This document shows, one piece after another, positions 1 through 10,264 of a stretch of 64,000 nucleotides of DNA (the first letter of the stretch is position 1; every line of letters begins with the position of its first letter). The translations under genes and the position numbers were made by a program. The notes beneath the pieces were generated by a model. The model was not told where the DNA came from. It searched no databases and was given only the letters and a program-made list of their open reading frames with translations. The stretch covers positions 64,001 to 128,000 of the forward strand of contig JBFWWG010000006.1 in the NCBI GenBank assembly GCA_050246315.1, in the 5' to 3' direction. This DNA comes from Nitrospiraceae bacterium (lineage in GTDB: Bacteria; Nitrospirota; Nitrospiria; Nitrospirales; Nitrospiraceae).

Positions 1-775
1 CCAGCGCCCGCCGAAACGCTTTGGCGCCCCCATAGAGACAGAGGGCGTCGAACACCGCCATGCCCGCGGCCACCACCCCGATCTTCGGCAAGGCCTCGCT
101 CCATCCCGACAGGATCAGCGGGCGCACCGCATCGATCGCCCAGGTCATCGGATTGAACTGCGCCAGAAGACCCATCCATGACGGCATCGCCGTCAACGGC
201 ACCAGCGCCGAGCTCAAAAAGATCATCGGCAAGGACAAGAATCCCAGGACAGAGAAGAAATCCCCGTGGCTTTTAACCGAAAAGGCCATCGCCATCGAAA
301 TCGCCGTCAGGCCCACACCGAAGGCCATGCCGATCAAGAGAATCATCGCCACGCCGGCTAGGCCCGTTGCCGGGCGGACGCCGAAGAGCCAGGCGACGCC
401 CAAAATCACCAACACCTGCATCGAAGTGATCCCCATGACGAACAGGAACCGGCTCACGATGACCGAGGTTCGATGGATCGGAGTGGACATCAGCCGTTCC
501 AAAAATCCGTTCTCCTTGTCGAACAGCAAATCCACACCGCCGGCCAGTCCGTTGTTCAGGACGGTCATCACCACCACGCCTGCGGCCAAGAAACTGATGT
601 AGTTCGGCGCCTGAACGACCTGCGTATCGGCCGCACGCTGGAACAGATTCCCAAAGAAAATGAGCCAGAACAGCATGGGCTGGACCAACGTGAACAGCAT
701 GCTGAATTTTTCGCGGCTGAGCCGCCGGACCCACCGCATGGTGAGGGCGCTGACCTCCTGCCAATACTCGGACAT
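1..775 (-). CDS. ABC-2 type exporter permease (runs off window edge)
   Basis: Manual translation MSEYWQEVSALTMRWVRRLSREKFSMLFTLVQPMLFW...DKENGFLERLMSTP...FNPMTWAIDAVRPL; multiple TM segments; directly downstream of an ABC ATPase. Confidence 0.88.
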   Translation of the reverse strand, partial: MSEYWQEVSALTMRWVRRLSREKFSMLFTLVQPMLFWLIFFGNLFQRAADTQVVQAPNYISFLAAGVVVMTVLNNGLAGGVDLLFDKENGFLERLMSTPIHRTSVIVSRFLFVMGITSMQVLVILGVAWLFGVRPATGLAGVAMILLIGMAFGVGLTAISMAMAFSVKSHGDFFSVLGFLSLPMIFLSSALVPLTAMPSWMGLLAQFNPMTWAIDAVRPLILSGWSEALPKIGVVAAGMAVFDALCLYGGAKAFRRAL

Positions 776-795
776 CGTTACGCTCCGCTTCCGAA

Positions 796-894
796 GATGA
801 GAGATGAAGAATGATGAATGAGGAAAGGTTCCGCTGGAACTTGCACGCCCGACATTCTCATTTCGCATTTCACCTTCTGCATTCCGAATTCCAC
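796..894. repeat. Inverted arms of degenerate 7-bp tandem repeats
   Basis: gatgaga/gatgaag/aatgatg/aatgagg (796-823) facing cattctc/atttcgc/atttcac/cttctgc/attccga/attccac (853-894). Confidence 0.6.
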
Positions 895-899
895 ATGGC

Positions 900-1880
900 T
901 CATTCCCCGTTCTCCGTCGGAAACTCTTCTCGAATCGGACGCCCGGTGTGGGCGATGAACACATCATCCAGCCGCGGCCTATGATAATCGATCCGTTCCA
1001 ATTGGCAATACGTCCGATTGGCTACATCCAAAATGGCCGGGAGGGCCTTCTCGGGAGAGTCGACCCTGATGTCCAGGCCCAGCGGTTTCATCATCACGGC
1101 CCGAACGGAGGGGAGCCCGCGCACGGCCGCCGCCAAGGCGTCGAGGGCCTCCCCGTTCTTAATGGTCAGAGAGACAAGATCGCCGCCCAGCCCGAGCTTC
1201 AGCTCGGTGGGAGACCCCAGCGCCTTGATCGTCCCCCGATCGATGATGGCCAGCCGGTCGCAGAGTTGATCGGCCTCATCCAAATAATTCGTGGTCATCA
1301 CGACGGTCAGCCCCTGCTTCCGGAGCATCCGTACATAGTCCCAAATCCGCAGCCGGCTCGGCACGTCCAGTCCCAAGGTTGGCTCGTCGAGAAAGAGAAT
1401 CTTGGGGTTGGGCAACAGGCCGCAGGCGATGTCCAATTTGCGTTTCATGCCTCCGGAATAGGTCTTGGCCGGCCGGTCCGCATGGCCTTCCAAATCAACC
1501 AGCTTCAGGAGTTCGGTGATCCGGCGACGCGCTTCTTCCTTCTGGAGGTGATAGAGCGATGCGAGCAGTTCGAGATGCTCCCGGCCGGTCAGAAACCGAT
1601 CGATCGCGCGCTCCTGCGGCACGTAACCGATCATGCGTCGGACGCGGTCGGCCTCCTGCACAACATCGAGGCCTAGAATCGACACTCGTCCCGCCGTCGG
1701 CCGGAGGAGCGTGATCATCACGCGGAGAGTCGTACTCTTGCCGGCACCGTTGGGACCCAGCAGTCCGAAGATCTCTCCTTCATGGACTTGAAAGGACAGG
1801 TCGTGGACGGCCTGAAACTTGTCATAGGTCTTGCCGAGATGGGCGACGTCGATCGCCACGGTTCGTTCACTCATGCTCAT
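900..1880 (-). CDS. ABC exporter ATP-binding protein (DrrA-like)
   Basis: Walker A GPNGAGKS, signature YSGGMK, Walker B ILFLDEPT; start codon uncertain (1886/1880/1874). Confidence 0.92.
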   Translation of the reverse strand: MSMSERTVAIDVAHLGKTYDKFQAVHDLSFQVHEGEIFGLLGPNGAGKSTTLRVMITLLRPTAGRVSILGLDVVQEADRVRRMIGYVPQERAIDRFLTGREHLELLASLYHLQKEEARRRITELLKLVDLEGHADRPAKTYSGGMKRKLDIACGLLPNPKILFLDEPTLGLDVPSRLRIWDYVRMLRKQGLTVVMTTNYLDEADQLCDRLAIIDRGTIKALGSPTELKLGLGGDLVSLTIKNGEALDALAAAVRGLPSVRAVMMKPLGLDIRVDSPEKALPAILDVANRTYCQLERIDYHRPRLDDVFIAHTGRPIREEFPTENGE

Positions 1881-2566
1881 CCCCAACCTTTCACCCCATG
1901 TTGCTCATGCAGTTTGAAATGGATGAGATCCAGCAATCGACGGGTCTGCTGGCGGAGGCTCTCGGATTCAAGCAGCAGTTGCTTTTCAAGCGGGGTGCAA
2001 TCCAAATACGCGGACACCCGCTGAACCAGGCTCTCGTCGCTCACCCCCTGGCGAAGAAATTCTTTCCACACGTGGCTGTTTTCCCGCTCCCCGATATACC
2101 GTTCCAGATCCCGTTCCAACTTGGTCCGAAGCGCCGGTTCGATGGTGCGATCATCGGCGGGGGGACGGAGCACAATCCGAGCCCGTCGGTAGCGTCGGTC
2201 GTACAACTCCTCCTGAATCTCGTATCGTTCCATACCTTGGAGCAAAATGTTCGACCGGCCGTCCGGCAACGGTTGCACGGTCATCAGTCGGCCGACGCAG
2301 CCCAATGAAAAGATCGGAGGATTGCCGTAGTAGTCCGATTCCCATCCGTCTTTCAGCAGCGCCATCCCGATCAGCCGGCCCTCGCGGGCCGCATCCTGGA
2401 CCATCTCGCGATACCGAGGCTCGAACACATGCAAAGGGAGGTACGTCCGAGGGAAGAAAACCACGGTGGGAAGTGAAAAAATAGGAATTATTTCAGGAAC
2501 TTGCAGGACCTCATCGGGGACGTTCCGTGAGGGCTCGGGTGCATGATGGCCAGACTCCTTCAGCAT
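1877..2566 (-). CDS. LON peptidase substrate-binding domain protein
   Basis: IPIFSLPTVVFFP...LPLHVFEPRYREMV, LPDGRSNILLQG, EKQLLLE motifs. Confidence 0.88.
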   Translation of the reverse strand: MLKESGHHAPEPSRNVPDEVLQVPEIIPIFSLPTVVFFPRTYLPLHVFEPRYREMVQDAAREGRLIGMALLKDGWESDYYGNPPIFSLGCVGRLMTVQPLPDGRSNILLQGMERYEIQEELYDRRYRRARIVLRPPADDRTIEPALRTKLERDLERYIGERENSHVWKEFLRQGVSDESLVQRVSAYLDCTPLEKQLLLESESLRQQTRRLLDLIHFKLHEQHGVKGWG

Positions 2567-2693
2567 GGCCCACGATAGCCGATGGGGTCTATGATGTCAA
2601 CGCTCGAACACCCCCGTCGCCACGAAACAGCCCTCCTTGGTTTGCAGACAATACGTCTATTTCCTCATGCACCGGAGATGGTATATAGCCGTC

Positions 2694-4004
2694 ATGTGGA
2701 ATAGAATTGAGAGAAGCAAGCGCGCCCCTTCCTCCGTGGCGCGCAGCCTGCTTTCATGGTCGGCTCCGATCTGGCTTACGGCAAGCCTTGTCGTCCCGGC
2801 TGCACCGGCCTTTTCCTCCTCAAGTTCTTCCTCAAGCCCTGATCACCGATCGGGGCCTGAGCCGGCCACCGCCAAGAGCTCTTCGTTTCAGCAGGCCTTG
2901 CCGGGCTACCGGTACCTCTTTCCACGAGATCACGGCTCCCATCCGGCCTTTCAAACCGAATGGTGGTATTACACCGGGCATCTCCAAGCCGCGGACGGTC
3001 GTCAGTTCGGGTACGAGCTGACGTTCTTCCGCCGAGGCGTGAACCGACCGGAGAAGACAGGTGAGGGTTCGAGCCCGGCAAAGGAACCTTCCCGCTGGCG
3101 TATTTATGATCTGTACCTGGCGCACTTCGCGCTGACTGACCTGACGAAGGGACAGTTTCACTATGCAGAAAAAATCAGCCGGGAGGGGATCGGAAAAGCC
3201 GGGGCCGACCAAGACCGGTTACGAGTCTGGATCGACCAGTGGAGCGCGATGAGCCCGGTGAGATCGGATGGATTGGCGACGACATCGGCGAACGGATCGT
3301 CGAAAGAATCGAATGCCCCGGACGGAACCCATCACCTCACGGCGGCAACGGAGACCTATGGCATCGAACTGGCTTTGTCGCCGGCCAAGCCGCCCGTCAT
3401 TCACGGATCGCAGGGGATCAGCCGAAAGGGTGCCAAGCCGGGGGAAGCCTCTCATTATTATTCGCTGACCAGACTCTCTACCAAAGGTGCCGTGACGATC
3501 GAGGGCGAACGCATCCCGGTGACGGGACAGAGCTGGATGGATCACGAGTTCGGCTCCAGCGAGTTGAGCGCTGATCTGGTCGGATGGGATTGGTTCAGTC
3601 TCCAACTCGACACGGGCGACGAACTCATGTGGTACCGCCTCCGACGGGAAGATGGTGTGGCCGATCCGGCCTCAAGCGGCACGTGGGTCCTTGCCGATGG
3701 ACAATCGATCCCATTGACGACGGCATCCATCAGGCTCGACGAGCTGGAGCAGTGGACCAGCCCGCAGAGCGGCGCCCATTACCCGAGCCGCTGGCGCCTC
3801 TCCAGCAAGCCATTGGATCTCGTCGTGAACATCGATCCGCTGTTGCGCAATCAGGAATTGATCACCGCGCGCAGCACCCGCGTCACCTATTGGGAAGGCG
3901 CGGTGGGTGTTATTGGAACCCTGCGTGGCAAGCCGGTTGCCGGGCGGGGCTACGTGGAACTCACCGGCTATGCCAAACGGGACGACCCGGCCATGATGCC
4001 ATGA
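2694..4004 (+). CDS. Secreted lipocalin-like / carotenoid 1,2-hydratase (CrtC/AttH) family protein
   Basis: FPRDHGSHP..EWWYYTG, SWMDHEF, GWDWFSLQL, YWEGAV, GYVELTGY; signal-like N-terminus with Ser-rich linker. Confidence 0.85.
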   Translation: MWNRIERSKRAPSSVARSLLSWSAPIWLTASLVVPAAPAFSSSSSSSSPDHRSGPEPATAKSSSFQQALPGYRYLFPRDHGSHPAFQTEWWYYTGHLQAADGRQFGYELTFFRRGVNRPEKTGEGSSPAKEPSRWRIYDLYLAHFALTDLTKGQFHYAEKISREGIGKAGADQDRLRVWIDQWSAMSPVRSDGLATTSANGSSKESNAPDGTHHLTAATETYGIELALSPAKPPVIHGSQGISRKGAKPGEASHYYSLTRLSTKGAVTIEGERIPVTGQSWMDHEFGSSELSADLVGWDWFSLQLDTGDELMWYRLRREDGVADPASSGTWVLADGQSIPLTTASIRLDELEQWTSPQSGAHYPSRWRLSSKPLDLVVNIDPLLRNQELITARSTRVTYWEGAVGVIGTLRGKPVAGRGYVELTGYAKRDDPAMMP

Positions 4005-4078
4005 GGCGATCCACCTTCCTGCCTTGACTCCGATCGAAGCACCCCGCTAGGGTGCCGTTCGTATCTCCATAAAACACG

Positions 4079-5128
4079 ATGCTGTTCCGTTCGATTCAGA
4101 TCTGGTTGCTCCTGTCTGTGCTGTTGCCGGCGCCTGGCTGCAACCGGCCGAGCGAATCCGTGGTCTCCATCGCGATCCACCCCACCAAGCCCTCGACCCT
4201 CTACGTGGCCACCAACGATGCCGTGCTCAAGAGCCGTGACAGCGGTGCCACCTGGTCCAAGATGCCAACCTTCAGTGCCAGGCGTGTGACCACGGTGAGC
4301 ATCGACCCGCTGTTCCCTGCCACCGTGTATGCCGGCACCATGGGCGATGCGGTGTACAAGAGCCCGGACGGCGGACAACATTGGCTACCGCACAACGTGG
4401 GCCTGAAGGAGCATGTGTCCTACGTCAATCAGTTCGTCTTTCATCCGCAGGACAGCCAGACGATCTTTGCAGCCACCACGGTGGGAGCCTTCGCGACGCG
4501 GGATGGAGGCCGCAGTTGGACCGAGCAGATGGCGGGCATGACCGAAGTGCATATTGTCGTGACCCTCGCGATCAATCCTCTGAACCCGCAGATTCTGTAC
4601 GCCGGTACGACCGGCGGAACCTACAAGAGCGTCGATGGGGCCGCCACATGGAAAAAAGTCAACAACGGCTTGATCCCCGAACGGATTCTCGAAGCCTCAC
4701 TGTCGTTGGGCGTCAATCTCCTGGCCGTCGATCCTCAGGCGCCCGATACGGTCTACGCCGCCACGACCAAAGGCCTGTTCAAGACCACGGACGGCGCCCA
4801 GAGCTGGATGCGGATCGGGGAATCGCTGCCGGATCAATTCATGAGCTGGGTCGTCGTCGATCCCTTCTCGCCGCACACGCTCTACGTCTCGGGCCGAGAG
4901 GGGGTGCATAAGAGCACGGACGGAGGAGCGACGTGGTACGCGGTCAATCACGGGCTCACCACGTTGAACGTGCGCTGCCTTCTCTTTAGCCCGCATGAGG
5001 CACGGACTCTCTACGCCGGCACCAATGGAAGCGGGCTCTACCGTTCCACCGACGGAGGAGACAACTGGACGGCGCTTCCGCTGGCGCCGGCGGCGGCCGA
5101 GTCGGGCCCACAGGCGGCACCAGGATGA
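4079..5128 (+). CDS. BNR/Asp-box repeat beta-propeller protein (VPS10/YCF48-like), exported
   Basis: Repeated (K/R)S-x-D-G-G-x-x-W boxes; N-terminal signal ending APGC. Confidence 0.85.
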   Translation: MLFRSIQIWLLLSVLLPAPGCNRPSESVVSIAIHPTKPSTLYVATNDAVLKSRDSGATWSKMPTFSARRVTTVSIDPLFPATVYAGTMGDAVYKSPDGGQHWLPHNVGLKEHVSYVNQFVFHPQDSQTIFAATTVGAFATRDGGRSWTEQMAGMTEVHIVVTLAINPLNPQILYAGTTGGTYKSVDGAATWKKVNNGLIPERILEASLSLGVNLLAVDPQAPDTVYAATTKGLFKTTDGAQSWMRIGESLPDQFMSWVVVDPFSPHTLYVSGREGVHKSTDGGATWYAVNHGLTTLNVRCLLFSPHEARTLYAGTNGSGLYRSTDGGDNWTALPLAPAAAESGPQAAPG

Positions 5129-5763
5129 GCGCCGAGCCGTCGATGAGCCATCTCTACCTGATCCGGCATGGCGAGACGGATTGGAACGTGGCCGGCCGTA
5201 TCATGGGAACGCAACCGGTGCCGCTGAACGCCAATGGCCGACGGCAGGCGGCGGAGCTGGCGGCCGTCCTCGCCGAGCTGCATAAGAAGCAACGGCTCGC
5301 GGCCCTCTATGCAAGCCCGCTCTTGCGTACCGTGCAGACAGCCGAACTCCTCGCCTCCTCCTGTGCCATGACAGTGACGACGGATGAGCGGCTCAGGGAA
5401 ATCGGCGTGGGAGACTGGGAGGGGCGATACTGGCGCGACCTGGATCAGGAGCCGATCCGCCTGCATTGGTACAGCCGTCCGCATGACACACGGTTTCCGA
5501 ACGGCGAATCGTTAGGAGACGTGCAGACCCGGGCGGTGACGGCCGTGGCCGAAGCCCTCGATCGCCATCCCGGTGGGGCCATCGCGTTGGTGTCGCATGG
5601 GGACGTGCTGCGGGCGATTCTCGCTCACTTCCTGGGCACCGGGCTCGAACCCATGCGCCGCCTGCGGTTCGACCATGCCTCGCTGACGGCGCTTCACCTC
5701 ACAGACACCGCCTGGGTGGTCACCTGCGTGAACTATCGGCCGGTTGCGAGCGATCTGCTCTGA
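5125..5763 (+). CDS. Histidine phosphatase family protein
   Basis: RHGETDWN, SPLLRTVQTA, GDWEG, VSHG motifs. Confidence 0.9.
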   Translation: MSAEPSMSHLYLIRHGETDWNVAGRIMGTQPVPLNANGRRQAAELAAVLAELHKKQRLAALYASPLLRTVQTAELLASSCAMTVTTDERLREIGVGDWEGRYWRDLDQEPIRLHWYSRPHDTRFPNGESLGDVQTRAVTAVAEALDRHPGGAIALVSHGDVLRAILAHFLGTGLEPMRRLRFDHASLTALHLTDTAWVVTCVNYRPVASDLL

Positions 5764-5851
5764 TCACCGATGGGGGACAGCCACCTGCGGGAAGGGTGGC
5801 CGTCCCTACGAGCTTCGGCCGCAGCCATTGTGCGCCGCTACTGTTCACAGA

Positions 5852-6388
5852 TCAGTAACTGGAGCCGGAGCCGGCTCCCTGGACGGCATTCTTGCCGTGA
5901 TGATACTGGCCGCGATAGCCGTTCAGCGCGTCGGTCAAGGCTTTCCATTCCTGTTCCGTGAGCGTGTCTTTCATCTCAAAACGGAGCTTCAAGATCCGTG
6001 TGGCATGCTGCATCCGTTGATTGTTGATGTCGTCCAGAATCTTCGTGAACTCCTCCGGCGTTGCATCATAGCGGGCGTTCACGGCATACAGTTGCTGATG
6101 GCCGGCCCGGCTCTGCTCGGTGGAGGACGTCACTTCCTTCATAATCTCTTGCGCGAGGCTCTTCACGCGTGCCGCCTTGGCCGGGTCCTGGATCGTCTTA
6201 TCGATCAACGCTGCGACTTCCTGCTTGCCCTTCTCCAGCGACGTGTGTCCGGCTGGTCCCATCGCACCCGCCCCATACGGCATCCCCCCGTGCGGCGAGC
6301 GTCCGTGATGCGACCCGCAGGCCGCAGTACCCATCGCCATCCCGACCGCCACGACTCCCACCAACATCGTCCGCGCCGACTTCATCAT
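5852..6388 (-). CDS. Putative lipoprotein, helical Spy/CpxP-like
   Basis: SD-like GGGAGG before ATG 6388; signal peptide ending TAAC; His/Gly/Met-rich linker then helical domain. Confidence 0.65.
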   Translation of the reverse strand: MMKSARTMLVGVVAVGMAMGTAACGSHHGRSPHGGMPYGAGAMGPAGHTSLEKGKQEVAALIDKTIQDPAKAARVKSLAQEIMKEVTSSTEQSRAGHQQLYAVNARYDATPEEFTKILDDINNQRMQHATRILKLRFEMKDTLTEQEWKALTDALNGYRGQYHHGKNAVQGAGSGSSY

Positions 6389-6471
6389 TGCCGCATCCCT
6401 CCCGAGTTTGTTATTCATGCTTCGCACCGTTGCTTGTTGCCGTCGATGATCCACCGCTGAGGCATCGCCCC

Positions 6472-6825
6472 ATGGCCGCTCCACCAGCCGACCAGCCGTC
6501 CGCTCTGGATCCCGTCCGCGAGCTTCGTGAGACGTTCCGCCGTCACCTGGAAACGTTCTATGCCACGCTGAAGCTGGCCCCACCTTACCATAGCGTGGAG
6601 CAGGGTATTCTCCACCTGACCAAAATTCTTCATGCGCTGCCGGTCGAGGAGCGACGTCGGATCGCGAACGATCCCGCCGCCCAGTGGACCTATTTCCAGG
6701 AGGCCTTCGTGGCGTCGGGGTTGAATCTGAAACATCGCGGAATTCTGGCCGGCATGGCGCGCCGGCGCGAGAGCCTCGATCTGCCGGCTGAGTATCATGG
6801 CCTGCTGGACACGTTTCTGATGTAG
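6472..6825 (+). CDS. Hypothetical protein
   Basis: Protein-like 3' part of ORF 6169..6825 from ATG 6472 (MAAPPADQ...FYATLKLAPPYHSVE). Confidence 0.65.
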   Translation: MAAPPADQPSALDPVRELRETFRRHLETFYATLKLAPPYHSVEQGILHLTKILHALPVEERRRIANDPAAQWTYFQEAFVASGLNLKHRGILAGMARRRESLDLPAEYHGLLDTFLM

Positions 6826-6835
6826 CCCCGTCGGG

Positions 6836-6962
6836 CGTCAACCGTCAACCGCCATTCGCGCAGCAATCAAGCTGATCGATGCTGAGCCACCGTGAACTGG
6901 GTCGCCACTCCACATTCGCCGCGCCTGATTCGACTGACGATTGACGAATGACGATTGACGAA
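6836..6962. repeat. Inverted 7-bp tandem repeats (CGTCAAC)2 ... (TGACGAW)4
   Basis: Directly visible between two convergent genes. Confidence 0.75.
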
Positions 6963-6970
6963 GACCGCCG

Positions 6971-7651
6971 TCACGCACGCAACGGTTCCGATTGCCTCGC
7001 GTCACCGTTCGGCACGCTCGCCCTGTCGTCCGTTGCCGGTGCCCGCAGCGCCTGGCGCAGTTCCTCCCATACCTGCATCAATCTCGTATTTTCCAATCGA
7101 TAGGCCAACGACACGGTCACCAATCCAAACGCGAACACCAGCGCGCCGAGTCCTGCCAGGCCGACTCCCATGACGATTCCGGACAGTGACGTGAATCCTC
7201 CCTGGAGCAGATAGGAGATCAGGAACCAAGCCGTACCCAAGCCGACCAACGCGAACCAGAGCAGGGTGACGATGGCCGAGGACCAGGGAATCCGCTTCGT
7301 GCAGACCAGATGCAGGCCCTCCGCCCCCGGCGCAATGTCGATCGAGCCCTTCATCGGCCAGGCGGTCCGAAATCGCGAGGCGAAGCGCCGGCAGTCCGGT
7401 TGCAGCATCATCCGGCGATCGTTGGGAAACAAGCGCGCGGCTCCGTGCGGCAACGGAAGGACGCCGGACGGATGAAACCGCGCGGTCAGCTCCTCGGATG
7501 AGGGCACGGCCACCGGCTGCGCGACCGCTGCGACGCGGCACCCATAGCGGGTGGCGTCGCTCCGGCCCTGCGCAAAATACCACCAATCGAGCACGACAAA
7601 CCCCACCACCAGCACGAACATGAACAGACCCGCGGCGATCATGCCGCGCAC
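6971..7651 (-). CDS. Hypothetical membrane protein
   Basis: 226-aa ORF with one N-terminal and two C-terminal hydrophobic segments. Confidence 0.7.
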   Translation of the reverse strand: MRGMIAAGLFMFVLVVGFVVLDWWYFAQGRSDATRYGCRVAAVAQPVAVPSSEELTARFHPSGVLPLPHGAARLFPNDRRMMLQPDCRRFASRFRTAWPMKGSIDIAPGAEGLHLVCTKRIPWSSAIVTLLWFALVGLGTAWFLISYLLQGGFTSLSGIVMGVGLAGLGALVFAFGLVTVSLAYRLENTRLMQVWEELRQALRAPATDDRASVPNGDARQSEPLRA

Positions 7652-7755
7652 GATAGCATAGCCGTGCGCGTCCGGAAAATGGGGCGGTCAGATGTCCGTC
7701 GTCCGAGCCAGCTCCAATCCGCAAGACGCAACTGCGTGAAATGTGAGGCCGGGAG

Positions 7756-7784
7756 TTGACTCACGTAGAAGAGTTGGCTACAGT
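7756..7784 (+). promoter_or_regulatory. Candidate sigma70 promoter
   Basis: TTGACT-N17-TACAGT upstream of the methyltransferase at 7936. Confidence 0.5.
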
Positions 7785-7935
7785 AGCCCCGCTTGGTTTG
7801 GCGGGTGTGTTTCAACAACCAGCTCCAGTGGGTTCCCGCCGTCAGTTGTCTCTAGATCTCCAAGTTCAACGCGCGGTGAAAGAGTTCCTGCTCGGCGTAT
7901 GCCGGGGGCGCTACTGTGAGCCAGAGAGGGTGTGA

Positions 7936-8658
7936 ATGGATCTGAAGAAGGTTGAACGCGTCTACACCAGCTATGCAGGCGTCTATGACCGGGTCTTTGG
8001 AAAGGTGTTCCACGAAGGCCGCGAGTCGGCCATCAGAAACCTGGCCTTACGGGAAAACGAACGAGTATTGGAAGTCGGCGTCGGGACCGGCTTGGCGCTA
8101 CCGATGTATCCGCGACATTGCCGGATCGTCGGCATCGATCTGTCGGAAGGAATGCTCGCTAAGGCCCGTGAGCGGGCGATCGTATTTGGGATGGACCATG
8201 TCGAGCTGCATCGAATGGATGCGGGCGCGATGGAGTTTTCGGACAATGCCTTCGATACGGTCGTCGCGGCCTATGTCGTTACCGCAGTGCCGGATTACCG
8301 CAGCGTCGTGAACGAGATGATCCGGGTCTGCCGGCCGGGCGGGCGCATCATCATGCTCAATCACTTCCGAAACGGGAACAAGATCATCGCAGCGATGGAG
8401 AAAGTCATCTCACCCCTGACGAAGCATCTCGGCTGGCGGACCGACCTCTCTCTCCATACCGTGCTCGAAGGCACCACCCTTCAGGTTTCCCGCAAGCAGG
8501 CTGTCAACCCGCTCCGCTTCTGGCACCTCGTCGAGTGCGTGAACGCCAAACCGGTCGCCGTCAATGGGAGCGCCGTCAACGGGCACCATCTGAACGGCTC
8601 CCTCAATGGAAACGGCCGCCACAAACTCGCCGTCTCCGCTTCCGCCGCGTCAGTCTAG
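7936..8658 (+). CDS. Class I SAM methyltransferase, phosphatidylethanolamine N-methyltransferase (PmtA)-like
   Basis: YDRVFGKVF, VLEVGVGTG, GIDLSEGML, RVCRPGG, NHF; low-complexity NG-rich tail. Confidence 0.8.
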   Translation: MDLKKVERVYTSYAGVYDRVFGKVFHEGRESAIRNLALRENERVLEVGVGTGLALPMYPRHCRIVGIDLSEGMLAKARERAIVFGMDHVELHRMDAGAMEFSDNAFDTVVAAYVVTAVPDYRSVVNEMIRVCRPGGRIIMLNHFRNGNKIIAAMEKVISPLTKHLGWRTDLSLHTVLEGTTLQVSRKQAVNPLRFWHLVECVNAKPVAVNGSAVNGHHLNGSLNGNGRHKLAVSASAASV

Positions 8659-8662
8659 CCGG

Positions 8663-9547
8663 TCACTCCTCGCCTCCCGTTCCGTTCCTTCTCCCGTCTC
8701 CATTCCGCTTTCCTCTGCCGGTGGTACGCAGGATCGGACGTTCGTCCGGAATAAGCGTTTGGCCGGCAATGCTCTCGCCTGGGAAATGGCTGGTCAGAAT
8801 CTCGGCTACCGCCGAGAGTAAGTGTCTTCCCGCGTCTCGCTCGGAGTCCTGGGCCCGCAACATCACGCCAAAGGATCGGCCGTCGAGCGGACCATAGGCC
8901 TGCACCTCCAGAGAATCGCGAGACAGGGAAGTCCGCGAGGGGCTGATCCGGAGCTCTCCGGCCCATAGGACATGGGGCCCCGTTCCCTTCCCCAGACCAT
9001 TTCCATTTGCGCGAGACCGGGGTTTCCACACGCAGGGCACGCCCGCCCGATCGAGCTGCTCCAACAGCCAAGCCACGCTGGGAGCATCCGCATCCCTGGC
9101 CTGGAACAGCCACTGCGTGGCTTCCTGCTTATCGGGCAATGTGTCGGGGTAGGCAACCTCCTCCAACTCGGCCGATTCGCAGATTACATAGATTTCCCCG
9201 TACTGATCGAACCAGAACCGCAGGCGCCCCTGTTGGATCTCAGCCTGCAAGGCGTCGATCGCCGCGCTGTTGGCCCCTTCCTGCTCGAAGATTGAAAAAT
9301 CCGTCACGCCCAACATGCGGAACCGCGCGAGGCGCAGCAGGCGCCGGCGGTGGGATGCCTCTTGGACCTCGATATAGTAGCGAATCACAATGGTGACCAC
9401 GGTGTCGGCGAGAACCTCGCAACAGTCGTTCTCGTCGAACACCTGACGGCGGGAGACGTGCACGTCCGTCACTTGCCCGCCGCGAAACCCGCGTGTGTGA
9501 CGGAGCAGCCAGCCCACGTCCTCGATCGACTGAATTCGATGCGCCAT
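8663..9547 (-). CDS. Hypothetical protein
   Basis: Long ORF, likely start MAHRIQSIEDVGWLL; no recognised motif. Confidence 0.65.
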   Translation of the reverse strand: MAHRIQSIEDVGWLLRHTRGFRGGQVTDVHVSRRQVFDENDCCEVLADTVVTIVIRYYIEVQEASHRRRLLRLARFRMLGVTDFSIFEQEGANSAAIDALQAEIQQGRLRFWFDQYGEIYVICESAELEEVAYPDTLPDKQEATQWLFQARDADAPSVAWLLEQLDRAGVPCVWKPRSRANGNGLGKGTGPHVLWAGELRISPSRTSLSRDSLEVQAYGPLDGRSFGVMLRAQDSERDAGRHLLSAVAEILTSHFPGESIAGQTLIPDERPILRTTGRGKRNGDGRRNGTGGEE

Positions 9548-9655
9548 GCGCAAATTGTAGCGCGGTGGAGGGTGAAACACTACTGCGGGAATGAAATATC
9601 GGTGGACACGGCGATCACGATATCGCCAAACTGGGCAAGAGGTCGAAACGCGCAC

Positions 9656-10042
9656 TTACCGGCGCGGCTCGTTCGAATGGTTTAGCTCGTTCAATTTCGC
9701 ACGGAAGTAGTCTGCGCTGTTGACGAGGCGGCCGTCGGGAAATTTGATGCGATAGGGCTCGCCGCTGATCGACGATCCGGTGGCGCAACAGACGATGAAG
9801 TCCTCCGCGCTGTTCACGCGCGACCCGGCCGCCGTGAGTTTGCGTTTCAGATGGTCTATCGCCTTGCCTGCGTCATAGTCCCGGCCATTGCGGATGAAGA
9901 CGGCGCCGGAAATGTCTTTCAGGGAAGCGAGCAACGCCTCGATCTTCTGCCGCTCGCTCAGCTCGATGGCCCAGGCAACAGTTCCGAGCGAGACCAGACA
10001 TACAAGCACGGCTACCGTGCAGAAACGTAACCACCTTACCAC
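9656..10042 (-). CDS. DUF5329-like exported protein
   Basis: Signal peptide; FIRNG..Y, SAEDFI..ATGSSISGEPY. Confidence 0.8.
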   Translation of the reverse strand: MVRWLRFCTVAVLVCLVSLGTVAWAIELSERQKIEALLASLKDISGAVFIRNGRDYDAGKAIDHLKRKLTAAGSRVNSAEDFIVCCATGSSISGEPYRIKFPDGRLVNSADYFRAKLNELNHSNEPRR

Positions 10043-10264
10043 GACTTACTCATTAGACCGGGCATGGTTGGCCACGGAGGAGCGTTCCATTACGTTTATC
10101 CATATGGCCTGACCGGTTCACTCATCATAACCCCAAGTGTGATGGCAAGACCTTACCCAAAAAAATGCTCATGCGTGGCAGCCGGCACTTCTACATCAAC
10201 CGTTGACAACCGACTCCCACGCCTCCTCCAATCCATCGGCACGTGCCTGCACAACCCATGCTCC

